A DNA stretch of 64,000 bases. Origin: Eledone cirrhosa (Eukaryota). Positions 26,801-40,600 of the stretch are shown here, piece after piece. Below the pieces are notes generated by a model, which was not told the origin of the DNA, did no database searches, and saw only the letters and a program-made list of their open reading frames with translations. The first letter of the stretch is position 1. The number at the start of each line of letters is the position of its first letter. Made by a program: the position numbers and the translations under genes. Location of the stretch: positions 37,014,001 through 37,078,000 of the forward strand of contig OZ024752.1 in the NCBI GenBank assembly GCA_964016885.1, written 5' to 3'.

Positions 26801-29800
26801 TGTTTATGGAGGATACATGTGACTGTGAAAGGTAGGTTGTAATGTTTATGGAGGATACATGTGACTGTGAAAGGTAGGTTGTAATGTTTATGAAGGATAC
26901 ATGTTACTGTGAAAGGTAGGTTGTAATGTTAATGGAGGATACATGTTACTGTGAAAGGCAGTTTGTAATGTTTATGGAGGATACATGTGACTGAAAGGTA
27001 GGTTGTAATGTTAATGGAGGATACATGTTAGTGTGAAAGGCAGTTTGTAATGTTAATGGAGGATACATGTGACTGAAAGGTAGGTTGTAATGTTAATGGA
27101 GGATACATGTGACTGAAAGGTAGGTTGTAATGTTAATGGAGGATACATGGGACTGTGAAAGGTAGGTTGTAATGTTAATGGAGGATACATGTGACTGTGA
27201 AAGGTAGGTTGTAATGTTAATGGAGGATACATGTTAGTGTGAAAGGTAGGTTGTAATGTTAATGGAGGATACATGTGACTGTGAAAGGTAGGTTGTAATG
27301 TTTATGGAGGATACATGTGACTGAAAGGTAGGTTGTAATGTTTATGGAGGATACATGTTAGTGTGAAAGGTAGGTTGTAATGTTAATGGAGGATACATGT
27401 TACTGTGAAAGGCAGTTTGTAATGTTAATGGAGGATACATGTGACTGTGAAAGGTAGGTTGTAATGTTTATGGAGGATACATGTTACTGTGAAAGGTAGG
27501 TTGTAATGTTAATGGAGGATACATGTTACTGTGAAAGGTAGGTTGTAATGTTAATGGAGGATACATGTTACTGTGAAAGGTAGGTTGTAATGTTTATGGA
27601 GGATACATGTGACTGTGAAAGGTAGGTTGTAATGTTTATGGAGGATACATGTGACTGTGAAAGGTAGTTTGTAATGTTAATGGAGGATACATGTGACTGT
27701 GAAAGGTAGGTTGTAATGTTAATGGAGGATACATGTGACTGTGAAAGGTAGGTTGTAATGTTTATGAAGGATACATGTTACTGTGAAAGGTAGGTTGTAA
27801 TGTTAATGGAGGATACATGTGACTGTGAAAGGCAGTTTGTAATGTTAATGGAGGATACATGTTACTGTGAAAGGTAGGTTGTAATGTTAATGGAGGATAC
27901 ATGTTACTGTGAAAGGTAGGTTGTAATGTTTATGGAGGATACATGTTACTGTGAAAGGTAGTTTGTAATGTTAATGGAGGATACATGTTACTGTGAAAGG
28001 TAGGTTGTAATGTTAATGGAGGATACATGTTACTGTGAAAGGTAGTTTGTAATGTTAATGGAGGATACATGTGACTGTGAAAGGTAGGTTGTAATGTTTA
28101 TGGAGGATACATGTGACTGAAAGGTAGGTTGTAATGTTTATGAAGGATACATGTTACTGTGAAAGGCAGTTTGTAATGTTAATGGAGGATACATGTGACT
28201 GTGAAAGGTAGGTTGTAATGTTTATGGAGGATACATGTTACTGTGAAAGGTAGGTTGTAATGTTTATGGAGGATACATGTGACTGTGAAAGGTAGGTTGT
28301 AATGTTTATGGAGGATACATGTGACTGTGAAAGGTAGTTTGTAATGTTAATGGAGGATACATGTGACTGTGAAAGGTAGGTTGTAATGTTAATGGAGGAT
28401 ACATGTGACTGTGAAAGGTAGGTTGTAATGTTTATGAAGGATACATGTTACTGTGAAAGGTAGGTTGTAATGTTAATGGAGGATACATGTGACTGTGAAA
28501 GGCAGTTTGTAATGTTAATGGAGGATACATGTTACTGTGAAAGGTAGGTTGTAATGTTAATGGAGGATACATGTTACTGTGAAAGGTAGGTTGTAATGTT
28601 TATGGAGGATACATGTTACTGTGAAAGGTAGTTTGTAATGTTAATGGAGGATACATGTTACTGTGAAAGGTAGGTTGTAATGTTAATGGAGGATACATGT
28701 TACTGTGAAAGGTAGTTTGTAATGTTAATGGAGGATACATGTGACTGTGAAAGGTAGGTTGTAATGTTTATGGAGGATACATGTTACTGTGAAAGGTAGG
28801 TTGTAATGTTAATGGAGGATACATGTTACTGTGAAAGGTAGTTTGTAATGTTAATGGAGGATACATGTGACTGTGAAAGGTAGGTTGTAATGTTTATGGA
28901 GGATACATGTTACTGTGAAAGGTAGGTTGTAATGTTAATGGAGGATACATGTTACTGTGAAAGGTAGTTTGTAATGTTAATGGAGGATACATGTGACTGT
29001 GAAAGGTAGGTTGTAATGTTTATGGAGGATACATGTTACTGTGAAAGGTAGGTTGTAATGTTAATGGAGGATACATGTTACTGTGAAAGGTAGGTTGTAA
29101 TGTTAATGGAGGATACATGTTACTGTGAAAGGTAGGTTGTAATGTTAATGGAGGATACATGTTACTGTGAAAGGTAGTTTGTAATGTTAATGGAGGATAC
29201 ATGTGACTGTGAAAGGCAGTTTGTAATGTTAATGGAGGATACATGTTACTGTGAAAGGTAGGTTGTAATGTTAATGGAGGATACATGTTACTGTGAAAGG
29301 TAGGTTGTAATGTTTATGGAGGATACATGTTACTGTGAAAGGTAGTTTGTAATGTTAATGGAGGATACATGTTACTGTGAAAGGTAGGTTGTAATGTTAA
29401 TGGAGGATACATGTTACTGTGAAAGGTAGTTTGTAATGTTAATGGAGGATACATGTGACTGTGAAAGGTAGGTTGTAATGTTTATGGAGGATACATGTTA
29501 CTGTGAAAGGTAGGTTGTAATGTTAATGGAGGATACATGTTACTGTGAAAGGTAGTTTGTAATGTTAATGGAGGATACATGTGACTGTGAAAGGTAGGTT
29601 GTAATGTTTATGAAGGATACATGTTACTGTGAAAGGTAGGTTGTAATGTTAATGGAGGATACATGTGACTGTGAAAGGCAGTTTGTAATGTTAATGGAGG
29701 ATACATGTGACTGTGAAAGCTAGGTTGTAATGTTTATGGAGGATACATGTGACTGTGAAAGGTAGGTTGTAATGTTTATGAAGGATACATGTTACTGTGA

Positions 29801-32800
29801 AAGGTAGGTTGTAATGTTAATGGAGGATACATGTGACTGTGAAAGGTAGGTTGTAATGTTAATGGAGGATACATGTTAGTGTGAAAGCTAGGTTGTAATG
29901 TTTATGGAGGATACATGTGACTGTGAAAGGTAGGTAGTAATGTTAATGGAGGATACATGTGACTGTGAAAGGTAGGTTGTAATGTTTATGGAGGATACAT
30001 GTGACTGTGAAAGGTAGGTTGTAATGTTAATGGAGGATACATGTTAGTGTGAAAGGTAGGTTGTAATGTTAATGGAGGATACATGTGACTGTGAAAGGTA
30101 GGTTGTAATGTTTATGGAGGATACATGTGACTGTGAAAGGTAGGTTGTAATGTTAATGGAGGATACATGTTACTGTGAAAGGCAGTTTGTAATGTTAATG
30201 GAGGATACATGTGACTGTGAAAGGTAGGTTGTAATGTTTATGGAGGATACATGTGACTGTGAAAGGCAGTTTGTAATGTTAATGGAGGATACATGTTACT
30301 GTGAAAGGCAGTTTGTAATGTTAATGGAGGATACATGTGACTGTGAAAGGTAGGTTGTAATGTTTATGAAGGATACATGTTACTGTGAAAGGTAGGTTGT
30401 AATGTTAATGGAGGATACATGTGACTGTGAAAGGTAGGTTGTAATGTTAATGGAGGATACATGTTAGTGTGAAAGGTAGGTTGTAATGTTAATGGAGGAT
30501 ACATGTGACTGTAAAAGGTAGGTTGTAATGTTAATGGAGGATACATGTTAGTGTGAAAGGTAGGTTGTAATGTTAATGGAGGATACATGTGACTGTGAAA
30601 GGTAGGTTGTAATGTTAATGGAGGATACATGTTAGTGTGAAAGGTAGGTTGTAATGTTAATGGAGGATACATGTGACTGTGAAAGCTAGGTTGTAATGTT
30701 TATGGAGGATACATGTGACTGTGAAAGGTAGGTTGTAATGTTTATGGAGGATACATGTGACTGTGAAAGGTAGGTTGTAATGTTAATGGAGGATACATGT
30801 TACTGTGAAAGGCAGTTTGTAATGTTAATGGAGGATACATGTGACTGTGAAAGGTAGGTTGTAATGTTAATGGAGGATACATGTGACTGAAAGGTAGGTT
30901 GTAATGTTAATGGAGGATACATGTGACTGAAAGGTAGGTTGTAATGTTAATGGAGGATACATGTTACTGTGAAAGGCAGTTTGTAATGTTAATGGAGGAT
31001 ACATGTTAGTGTGAAAGGCAGTTTGTAATGTTAATGGAGGATACATGTTAGTGTGAAAGGCAGTTTGTAATGTTAATGGAGGATACATGTGACTGTGAAA
31101 GGTAGGTTGTAATGTTAATGGAGGATACATGTTAGTGTGAAAGGCAGTTTGTAATGTTAATGGAGGATACATGTTAGTGTGAAAGGTAGGTTGTAATGTT
31201 TATGGAGGATACATGTTACTGTGAAAGGCAGTTTGTAATGTTAATGGAGGATACATGTGACTGTGAAAGGTAGGTTGTAATGTTTATGGAGGATACATGT
31301 TACTGTGAAAGGCAGTTTGTAATGTTAATGGAGGATACATGTGACTGTGAAAGGTAGGTTGTAATGTTAATGGAGGATACATGTTAGTGTGAAAGGCAGT
31401 TTGTAATGTTAATGGAGGATACATGTTACTGTGAAAGGCAGTTTGTAATGTTAATGGAGGATACATGTGACTGAAAGGTAGGTTGTAATGTTTATGGAGG
31501 ATACATGTTACTGTGAAAGGCAGTTTGTAATGTTAATGGAGGATACATGTGACTGTGAAAGGCAGTTTGTAATGTTAATGGAGGATACATGTGACTGAAA
31601 GGTAGGTTGTAATGTTAATGGAGGATACATGTGACTGAAAGGTAGGTTGTAATGTTAATGGAGGATACATGTGACTGAAAGGTAGGTTGTAATGTTAATG
31701 GAGGATACATGTGACTGAAAGGTAGGTTGTAATGTTAATGGAGGATACATGTGACTGAAAGGTAGGTTGTAATGTTAATGGAGGATACATGTGACTGAAA
31801 GGTAGGTTGTAATGTTAATGGAGGATACATGTGACTGAAAGGTAGGTTGTAATGTTTATGAAGGATACATGTTACTGTGAAAGGTAGGTTGTAATGTTAA
31901 TGGAGGATACATGTTACTGTGAAAGGCAGTTTGTAATGTTAATGGAGGATACATGTGACTGAAAGGTAGGTTGTAATGTTTATGAAGGATACATGTTACT
32001 GTGAAAGGTAGGTTGTAATGTTAATGGAGGATACATGTTACTGTGAAAGGCAGTTTGTAATGTTAATGGAGGATACATGTGACTGAAAGGTAGGTTGTAA
32101 TGTTTATGAAGGATACATGTTACTGTGAAAGGTAGGTTGTAATGTTAATGGAGGATACATGTTACTGTGAAAGGCAGTTTGTAATGTTAATGGAGGATAC
32201 ATGTGACTGTGAAAGGTAGGTTGTAATGTTAATGGAGGATACATGGGACTGTGAAAGGTAGGTTGTAATGTTAATGGAGGATACATGTGACTGTGAAAGG
32301 CAGTTTGTAATGTTAATGGAGGATACATGTGACTGTGAAAGGTAGGTTGTAATGTTAATGGAGGATACATGTGACTGTGAAAGGTAGGTTGTAATGTTAA
32401 TGGAGGATACATGTTAGTGTGAAAGGCAGTTTGTAATGTTAATGGAGGATACATGTTACTGTGAAAGGCAGTTTGTAATGTTAATGGAGGATACATGTGA
32501 CTGAAAGGTAGGTTGTAATGTTAATGGAGGATACATGTGACTGAAAGGTAGGTTGTAATGTTAATGGAGGATACATGTGACTGTGAAAGGTAGGTTGTAA
32601 TGTTAATGGAGGATACATGTTAGTGTGAAAGGTAGGTTGTAATGTTAATGGAGGATACATGTGACTGTGAAAGGTAGGTTGTAATGTTTATGGAGGATAC
32701 ATGTGACTGTGAAAGGCAGTTTGTAATGTTTATGGAGGATACATGTGACTGTGAAAGGCAGTTTGTAATGTTTATGGAGGATACATGTGACTGTGAAAGG

Positions 32801-34630
32801 CAGTTTGTAATGTTTATGGAGGATACATGTGACTGTGAAAGGTAGGTTGTAATGTTAATGGAGGATACATGTGACTGAAAAGCAGTTTGTAATGTTAATG
32901 GAGGATACATGTGACTGAAAGGTAGGTTGTAATGTTAATGGAGGATACATGTGACTGTGAAAGGCAGTTTGTAATGTTAATGGAGGATACATGTGACTGA
33001 AAGGTAGGTTGTAATGTTAATGGAGGATACATGTGACTGTGAAAGGTAGGTTGTAATGTTAATGGAGGATACATGTGACTGTGAAAGGCAGTTTGTAATG
33101 TTAATGGAGGATACATGTGACTGTGAAAGGTAGGTTGTAATGTTTATGGAGTCTACATGTTAGTATGAGAGGTAGTTTGTAATGTTAGTCTACATGTGAG
33201 TGGTGAAAATACTGAGAGTTGGTTGAGATAAGATATCCATTTAAAACATTTTTTTATTTGTTTCCTGTCTGTTGATCTTTTCTAGCAATGCGTAGCAGCC
33301 CTGTTGAAAGTAACCTGTCTGTTGATCTTTTCTAGCAATGCGTAGCAGCTCTGTTGAAAGTAACCTGTCTGTTGATCTTTTCTAGCAATGCGTAGCAGCC
33401 CTGTTGAAAGTAACCTGTCTGTTGATCTTTTCTAGCAATGCGTAGCAGCTCTGTTGAAAGTAACCTGTCTGTTGATCTTTTCTAGCAATGCGTAGCAGCC
33501 CTGTTGAAAGTAACCTGTCTGTTGATCTTTTCTAGCAATGCGTAGCAGCCCTGTTGAAAGTAACCTGTCTGGACTGGAATCTTTCTCCTTCAATTACAAT
33601 GTCAAATGGCCTTTAACTCTTGTTTTAAATAGAAAGGTTAGTTTTGGTTTCTACTTTAAAAAAAAAGTACTTTTCATTATGGATCGGCAGTATTGGTAGA
33701 GCGTCAGATACCGTGATTTGTAGCATAGAGTTATGGCCCTTTACGTTCTGAGTTCAAATCCCGGCGAGGTTAAACTTTGCATGTCATCCTTACGGGGGTC
33801 GATAAAATAAAGCCCCAGTGTAATTGCTGGTCTTGTGCCAGAAGTAGAAACAATTATTACTAGAGCGGTGGATTGGCAGTATCGGTAGAGCGTCAGACAG
33901 CATGCTTTGCAGCATAGAGTTATGGCCCTTTGCGTTCTGAGTTCAAATCCCGGCGAGGTTGAACTTTGCCTTTCATCCTTACGGGGTCGATAAAATAAAG
34001 TACCAGTAATACACTGGGGTGATTGTTGGCTTTGCTGGCTTTGTGCCAAAAGTAGAAACAATTGTTCTTAATATAACACTGATGGATTGGCAGTATAGGT
34101 AGAGGGTCGTACAACAGGTTTTGTGACATATAGTTACGTCCCTTTACATTCTGAGTTCAAATCCTGCTGAGGATAGCTTTGCCTTTCATCCTTATGGAGA
34201 CCGATAAAATAAAGTACCAGTAATCCACTGGGGTTGATTTTAATTGACTTTCGCTTCTCCAAAAATTGTTAGCCTTATGTCTAAATCAGAAGCCTTTTTT
34301 ATTCTTATTCTTAGTACCCTCAATAAACCTCATAAAGGAGTGTGGCCCCTGTCATTAATAACTCCCAAAAAGCTCCCTATGTGATGCTGGCAAAAACCCA
34401 TGGTGTGGAAATTAGTTTGAAATATTAAAGTTATAAAAACCACCAACTATGTTGTGTCATAAAACATTATTGGTTAGGTAGGACTCCCTAAATCTTTAGA
34501 CTTTACCTACCTATTGTCGGTGCTTATTTGTTTTAGCTATGAGAAGTTTATTGGAATTCTACCATTCTGTTTTTGTTTTAATCTTCAGTATCTCCATTGT
34601 TTATATTGAAAGAGAGTGAAACAACATATT

Positions 34631-34661
<31 letters not shown>

Positions 34662-37600
34662 AATTATTGTGTAAAGTGCTCAGGTGCACTACAACTCGTC
34701 AATATAGTACATAGACTAATACACAAATGTCAGGGAAGTACATGTGTGTATGTGTTAGCTGTTCTGTTGGCGGATCTCGGGAAGCATGGAGGCCTTAAAG
34801 GATGCAGTGTCTCGACAGCTAACAACTGACGCAGGCAGTTTGTTCCATGAGTGTCTTAAAGGATGCAGTGTCTCGACAGCTAACAACTGATGCAGGTAGT
34901 TTGTTCCATGCTTCAGCAACTCTGAGCGTGAAAAAATGTTTCCGAAAGTCATGGGAGCTGTGGTGTTTTCTTACTTTGTGGGCATGTCCACGTGTGTTAG
35001 ACACATGGAGATCGAAAAGGTACTCAGGGTTGTTGAAATTTCTAGTTAAGCTAGATGCTCTGAAATAATACTTTCCCTTGGCCTTACTCTTCTATATTAT
35101 TTCATTCTTAGGCTCTTATGCTCTACCAATTGTTGTTTCGGCAGCTGTTCTACTGTAAACATGTGGAACGACAATTATGCAAGTAAGTTTGAGCATAATC
35201 TTTACTGTACTTCACATAACATAAGCTTTGCTGTACTTCACATAATGTAATCTTCATTGTACTTCACATAACATAACATAATCTTTACTGTACTTCACAT
35301 AACATAAGCTTTGTTATACTTCACATAACATAAGCTTTGCTATACTTCACATAATGTAATCTTCACTGTACTTCACATAACATAACATAATCTTTACTGT
35401 ACTTCACATAACATAAGCTTTGCTGTACTTCACATAACATAAGCTTTGCTATACTTCACATAATGTAATCTTCACTGTACTTCACATAACATAACATAAT
35501 CTTTACTGTACTTCACATAACATAAGCTTTGCTGTACTTCACATAACATAAGCTTTGCTATACTTCACATAATGTAATCTTCACTGTACTTCACATAACA
35601 TAACATAATCTTTACTGTACTTCACATAACATAAGCTTTGCTATACTTCACATAACATAATCTTTACTGTACTTCACATAACATAAGCTTTGCTATACTT
35701 CACATAACATAATCTTTACTGTACTTCACATAACATAAGCTTTGCTATACTTCACATAACATAATCTTTACTGTACTTCACATAACATAATCTTTACTAT
35801 ACTTCACATAACATAATCTTTACTGTACTTCACATAACATAAGCTTTGCTATACTTCACATAACATAATCTTTACTGTACTTCACATAACATAAGCTTTG
35901 CTATTCTTCACATAACATAATATTTACTGTACTTCACATAACATAAGCTTTACTATACTTCACATAACATAATCTTTACTGTACTTCACATAACATAAGC
36001 TTTGCTATACTTCACATAACATAATCTTTACTGTACTTCACATAACATAAGCTTTGCTATTCTTCACATAACATAATATTTACTGTACTTCACATAACAT
36101 AATCTTTACTGTACTTCACATAACATAAGCTTTACTATACTTCACATAACATAATCTTTACTGTACTTCACATAACATAAGCTTTGCTATACTTCACATA
36201 ACATAAGCTTTACTGTACTTCACATAACATAAGCTTTACTATACTTCACATAACATAATCTTTACTGTACTTCACATAACATAAGCTTTGCTATACTTCA
36301 CATAACATAATCTTCACTGTACTTCACATAACATAAGCTTTACTATACTTCACATAACATAATCTTTACTGTACTTCACATAACATAAGCTTTGCTATAC
36401 TTCACATAACATAAGCTTTACTGTACTTCACATAACATAATCTTTACTATACTTCACATAACGTAATCTTTACTGTACTTCACATAACATAATCTTTACT
36501 ATACTTCACACAACATAAAATTTACTATACTTCACATAACATAAGCTTTGCTAAACTTCACATAACATAAGCTTTACTATACTTCACATAACATACCATA
36601 ATCTTTACTGTAATTCACATAACATAAGCTTTGCTAAACTTCACTATAATTCACACAACATAAACTTTACTATACTTATTAGCAGAGAAAGCAGACATTA
36701 AATGATGATAGTGATGATGATGATGATGACGTTGAATCACATGAAGAAAGTTAAAAAGTTAAAATTTAAATGGTATATCTTTTGTTTCAGTTTATGGTTA
36801 CAAAATAAATGTGTAAAACTTCTCCCTGCCAAAGGTTATACTGCTGCATTTGCATTGAGACAACGTATGTTGAACTTCATCCAAAATCTAGAATATTATT
36901 TAATGGTTGAAGTTATTGAACCAAACTGGCATATCTTTCTCAACAAAATGGAAACGGTAAATACTTTACCTGCTTGTCTTTATTTGCTCCTTCACCCTTT
37001 AGCATTTACATTACTCTATATTTACTATTGTATTTTTATGGTAAAGGCCTTACCTCACATAATATCTCACATAATATTGTATCTATGAGATTTTGATATT
37101 ATTTATTTTGAGAACAATACCTTAACATCAGTATGAGTGGCCAGTTTGAACAGAAAGAGGTGAGAGAATTCTGGCTGGATATGGCCAGTTTAAATGCTAA
37201 AGGGTTAATTGTTTCTTATTTTTCTTCTGAAGTTCTATTCTATTATATTATATGTATTGTAAATCTCAAGGTCAACTTTGCCTTTCATTTATTTGAGGCC
37301 GATAGAAAAAAGAACCAGTCAAGTACTGGGTTGATTTTTCCCTCACTTCCATTCTATCACTCTCTTTCCTTCTCTGGAAGAAATCTGTATTTAGACCTGG
37401 AGAGGGATGGGTGCTGCCAGATTTAAAAAATGCCATGGAAATGCTGTATGTTAATGTGGCGCCCTATGACTCTATCAGGGGTTACGGGACCATAAGCTAT
37501 TTTATAGCATCTCTCTTCATGAGCCCATCATTCTTTATATTAACTTTATCTTCTCAGCACTTTGTAAAAGTTTCGAGATATCGGTTATGTATCCATGATA

Positions 37601-40600
37601 TTTGTTGACATCTGAAAGCTGCAATTCAGCTATCTTATTTAAGATAGTAAGGGTTATCAAGGTCCCTTCACTTAATAGTCTAAAGTGCCCTTTAGCCAGT
37701 ATCTGAGAGATATGGGGTTCAATTCCTCATAACAGCCAATGGCAACTTCTTTTTCCATGTTTAAAGGGTCTTCACTCTATTTTATAAGCTATTTTATAGC
37801 ATCTCTGTGCATAAGCACACCATTCCTTGTATCAACTTTATTACCTCAGCACTTCGTAAAAGTCTGATAGATCAGCTATGTATACACAATATTATTGGAT
37901 TGGCAGTATTGGGAGAGGGTCGGACGCCATGCTTTGACGTATAGAGTTACGGCCCTTGCCATTCTGAGTTCAAATCCCGCCGAGGTTAACTTTGCCTTTC
38001 ATCCTTACGGGGTCGATAAAATAAAGTACCAGTAATGCACTGGGTAATTGCTGGCCTTGTGCCTAACGTAGAAACAATTATTAATTTTTGGCAGTGGATT
38101 GGCAGTATCTGTAGAGGGTCGGACGCCATGCTTTGCAGCATAGTTACGTCCCTTTACGATCTGTGTTCAAATCCCGCCGAGGTTGACTTTGCCTTTCATC
38201 CTTACGGGGTCGATAAAATAAAGTACCAGTAATGCACTGGGATAATTGCTGGCCTTGTGCCTAAAGTAGTAACAATTATTAATTTTTGGCAGTATCGGTA
38301 GAGGGTTGGACGCCATGCTTTGCAGCAAAGAGTTACGGCCCTTTATTGTCTGAGTTCAAATCCCGCCGAGGTTAGCTTTGCCTTTCATCCTTACGGGGGG
38401 TCGATAAAATAAAGTACCAGTAATACACTGGGATAATTGATGGCCTTGTGCCAAAAAGTATACACAATATTATTAATTTGTTTCTTTTTTTTACCTTCCA
38501 GGTGTCAAATATTGATGACGTTCTTTTGCACCATGGCGACTTTTTACATAATTGTTTAAAAGAAGGAATGATGACAAATGTTGATCTGCTGCGTATAATC
38601 CACAAGTTAATGGTAGTTTGTATCACGTTCTGTAATCGTATCCGAGTAAGTAAACCAGTTCTTACCAGTTCTTGTTTCATTTTATTGATATTGTAAAATT
38701 GTTTCTACTTTTAGGCACAAGGCCAGCAATTAACCCAGTGTATTACTGGTAGTTTATTTTATCGACCCCGTAAGGATGAAAGGCAAAGTTAACGATGGCG
38801 GGATTTGAATATAGAATGTAAAGGGCCATAACTCTATGCTGCAATGCATGGTGTCTGACGCCCTACCGATGCTGCCAATCCACCATATAATAATTGTTTC
38901 TACTTTTGGCACAAGGCCAGCAATTAACCCAGTGTATTACTGGTACTTTATTTTATCGACCCCGTAAGGATGAAAGGCAAAGTTGACCTCGGTGGGATAT
39001 GAATATAGAATGTAAAGGGCCATAACTCTATGCTGCAATGCATGGTGTCTGACGCTCTACCGATACTGCCAATCCACCATATAATAATTGTTTCTACTTT
39101 TGGCACAAGGCCAGCAATTACTCCAGTACATTACTGGTACTTTATTTTATCGACCCCGTAAGGATGAAAGGCAAAGTTAACGATGGCGGGATTTGAATAT
39201 AGAATGTAAAGGGCCATAACTCTATGCTGCAATGCATGGTGTCTGACGCTCTACCGATACTGCCAATCCACCATATAATAATTGTTTCTACTTTTGGCAC
39301 AAGGCCAGCAATTACTCCAGTACATTACTGGTACTTTATTTTATCGACCCCGTAAGGATGAAAGGCAAAGTTAACCATGGCGAGATTTGAATATAGAATG
39401 TAAAGGGCCATAACTCTATGCTGCAATACATGGTGTCTGACGCTCTACCGATACTGCCAATCCACCATATAATAATTGTTTCTACTTTTGGCACACGGCC
39501 AGCAATTACTCCAGTACATTACTGGTACTTTATTTTATCGACCCCGTAAGGATGAAAGGCAAAGTTAACGATGGCGGGATTTGAATATAGAATGTAAAGG
39601 GCCATAACTCTATGCTGCAATGCATGGTGTCTGACGCTCTACCGATACTGCCAATCCACCATATAATAATTGTTTCTACTTTTGGCACACGGCCAGCAAT
39701 TACTCCAGTACATTACTGGTACTTTATTTTATCGACCCCCGTAAGGATGAAAGGCAAAGTTGAACTCAGAATGGAAAGGGCCGTAATTCTATGCGTCAAA
39801 GCATAACGTCCGACCCTCTACCGATACTGCCAATCCACCTGTAGTATAGGCATAAGGCCAGTAATTTGGGGGGGAGGGGAAAGTAGATTAAATCGACCCC
39901 AGTACGTTACTGGTGCTTTATTTTATCGACCCCAACTGCCAATCCACCACCCCTTGATATTGTATAATGGCAGATCAACAGAACTGTTATGAGCTTCTAA
40001 AAATACGTCTTGCAACATTTAGTTATGTTCTTGTTCTGTGCTGAGATCAAATACTAAGAATCTCTATATGTAATGTAATTTTCAAAGTTCTTTTTATTAG
40101 ACTGTTCATTTTCCTGACATTTGTACATTATTCTATGTACTATACATGCACCTTTAATGAGTTGTAGTGCACCTGAGCACTGTACACAATCATTTCATTA
40201 TTATTATTATTTAGACAAAAAAAATTGTCTAGAATTACAATTTGAATTTAACCCTTTAGTATTTTGATTACTCTACATTTACTATTATATTTTCATGGTA
40301 AAGGCTTTACCTCACATAATTATTTCACATAATATCGAATCCATGAGATTTTGATATTATTTATTTTGAGAACAATACCTTAACATCAGTATGAGCAGCC
40401 GGTTACAGCCGGTTTGAACAAAAAGAGGTGAGAGAATTCTGGCCGGATACGACTGGTTTAAATGCTAAAGTGTTCAACTCTCTATAAACTCTTTGGTCTG
40501 TCTCTCCCCCAAAAGTTACCAACCCCTTGATCAATATAATTCAAACTAAATCAATAAATGTTTAATATCAATAGAGACAAATCTTTTAATATTTTTTCCT

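Noticed and set aside
15960-33116. Many minus-strand ORFs of [14 protein letters not shown] repeats
   Set aside because: Translation of a 42-bp satellite with frequent stops and 2-bp frameshifts; lies in a TUBGCP2 intron.
16093-33200. CRISPR-like appearance of regular repeats (also 43238-44835, 49236-52250, 60525-63990)
   Set aside because: Contiguous units with no unique spacers, no cas genes, eukaryotic context.
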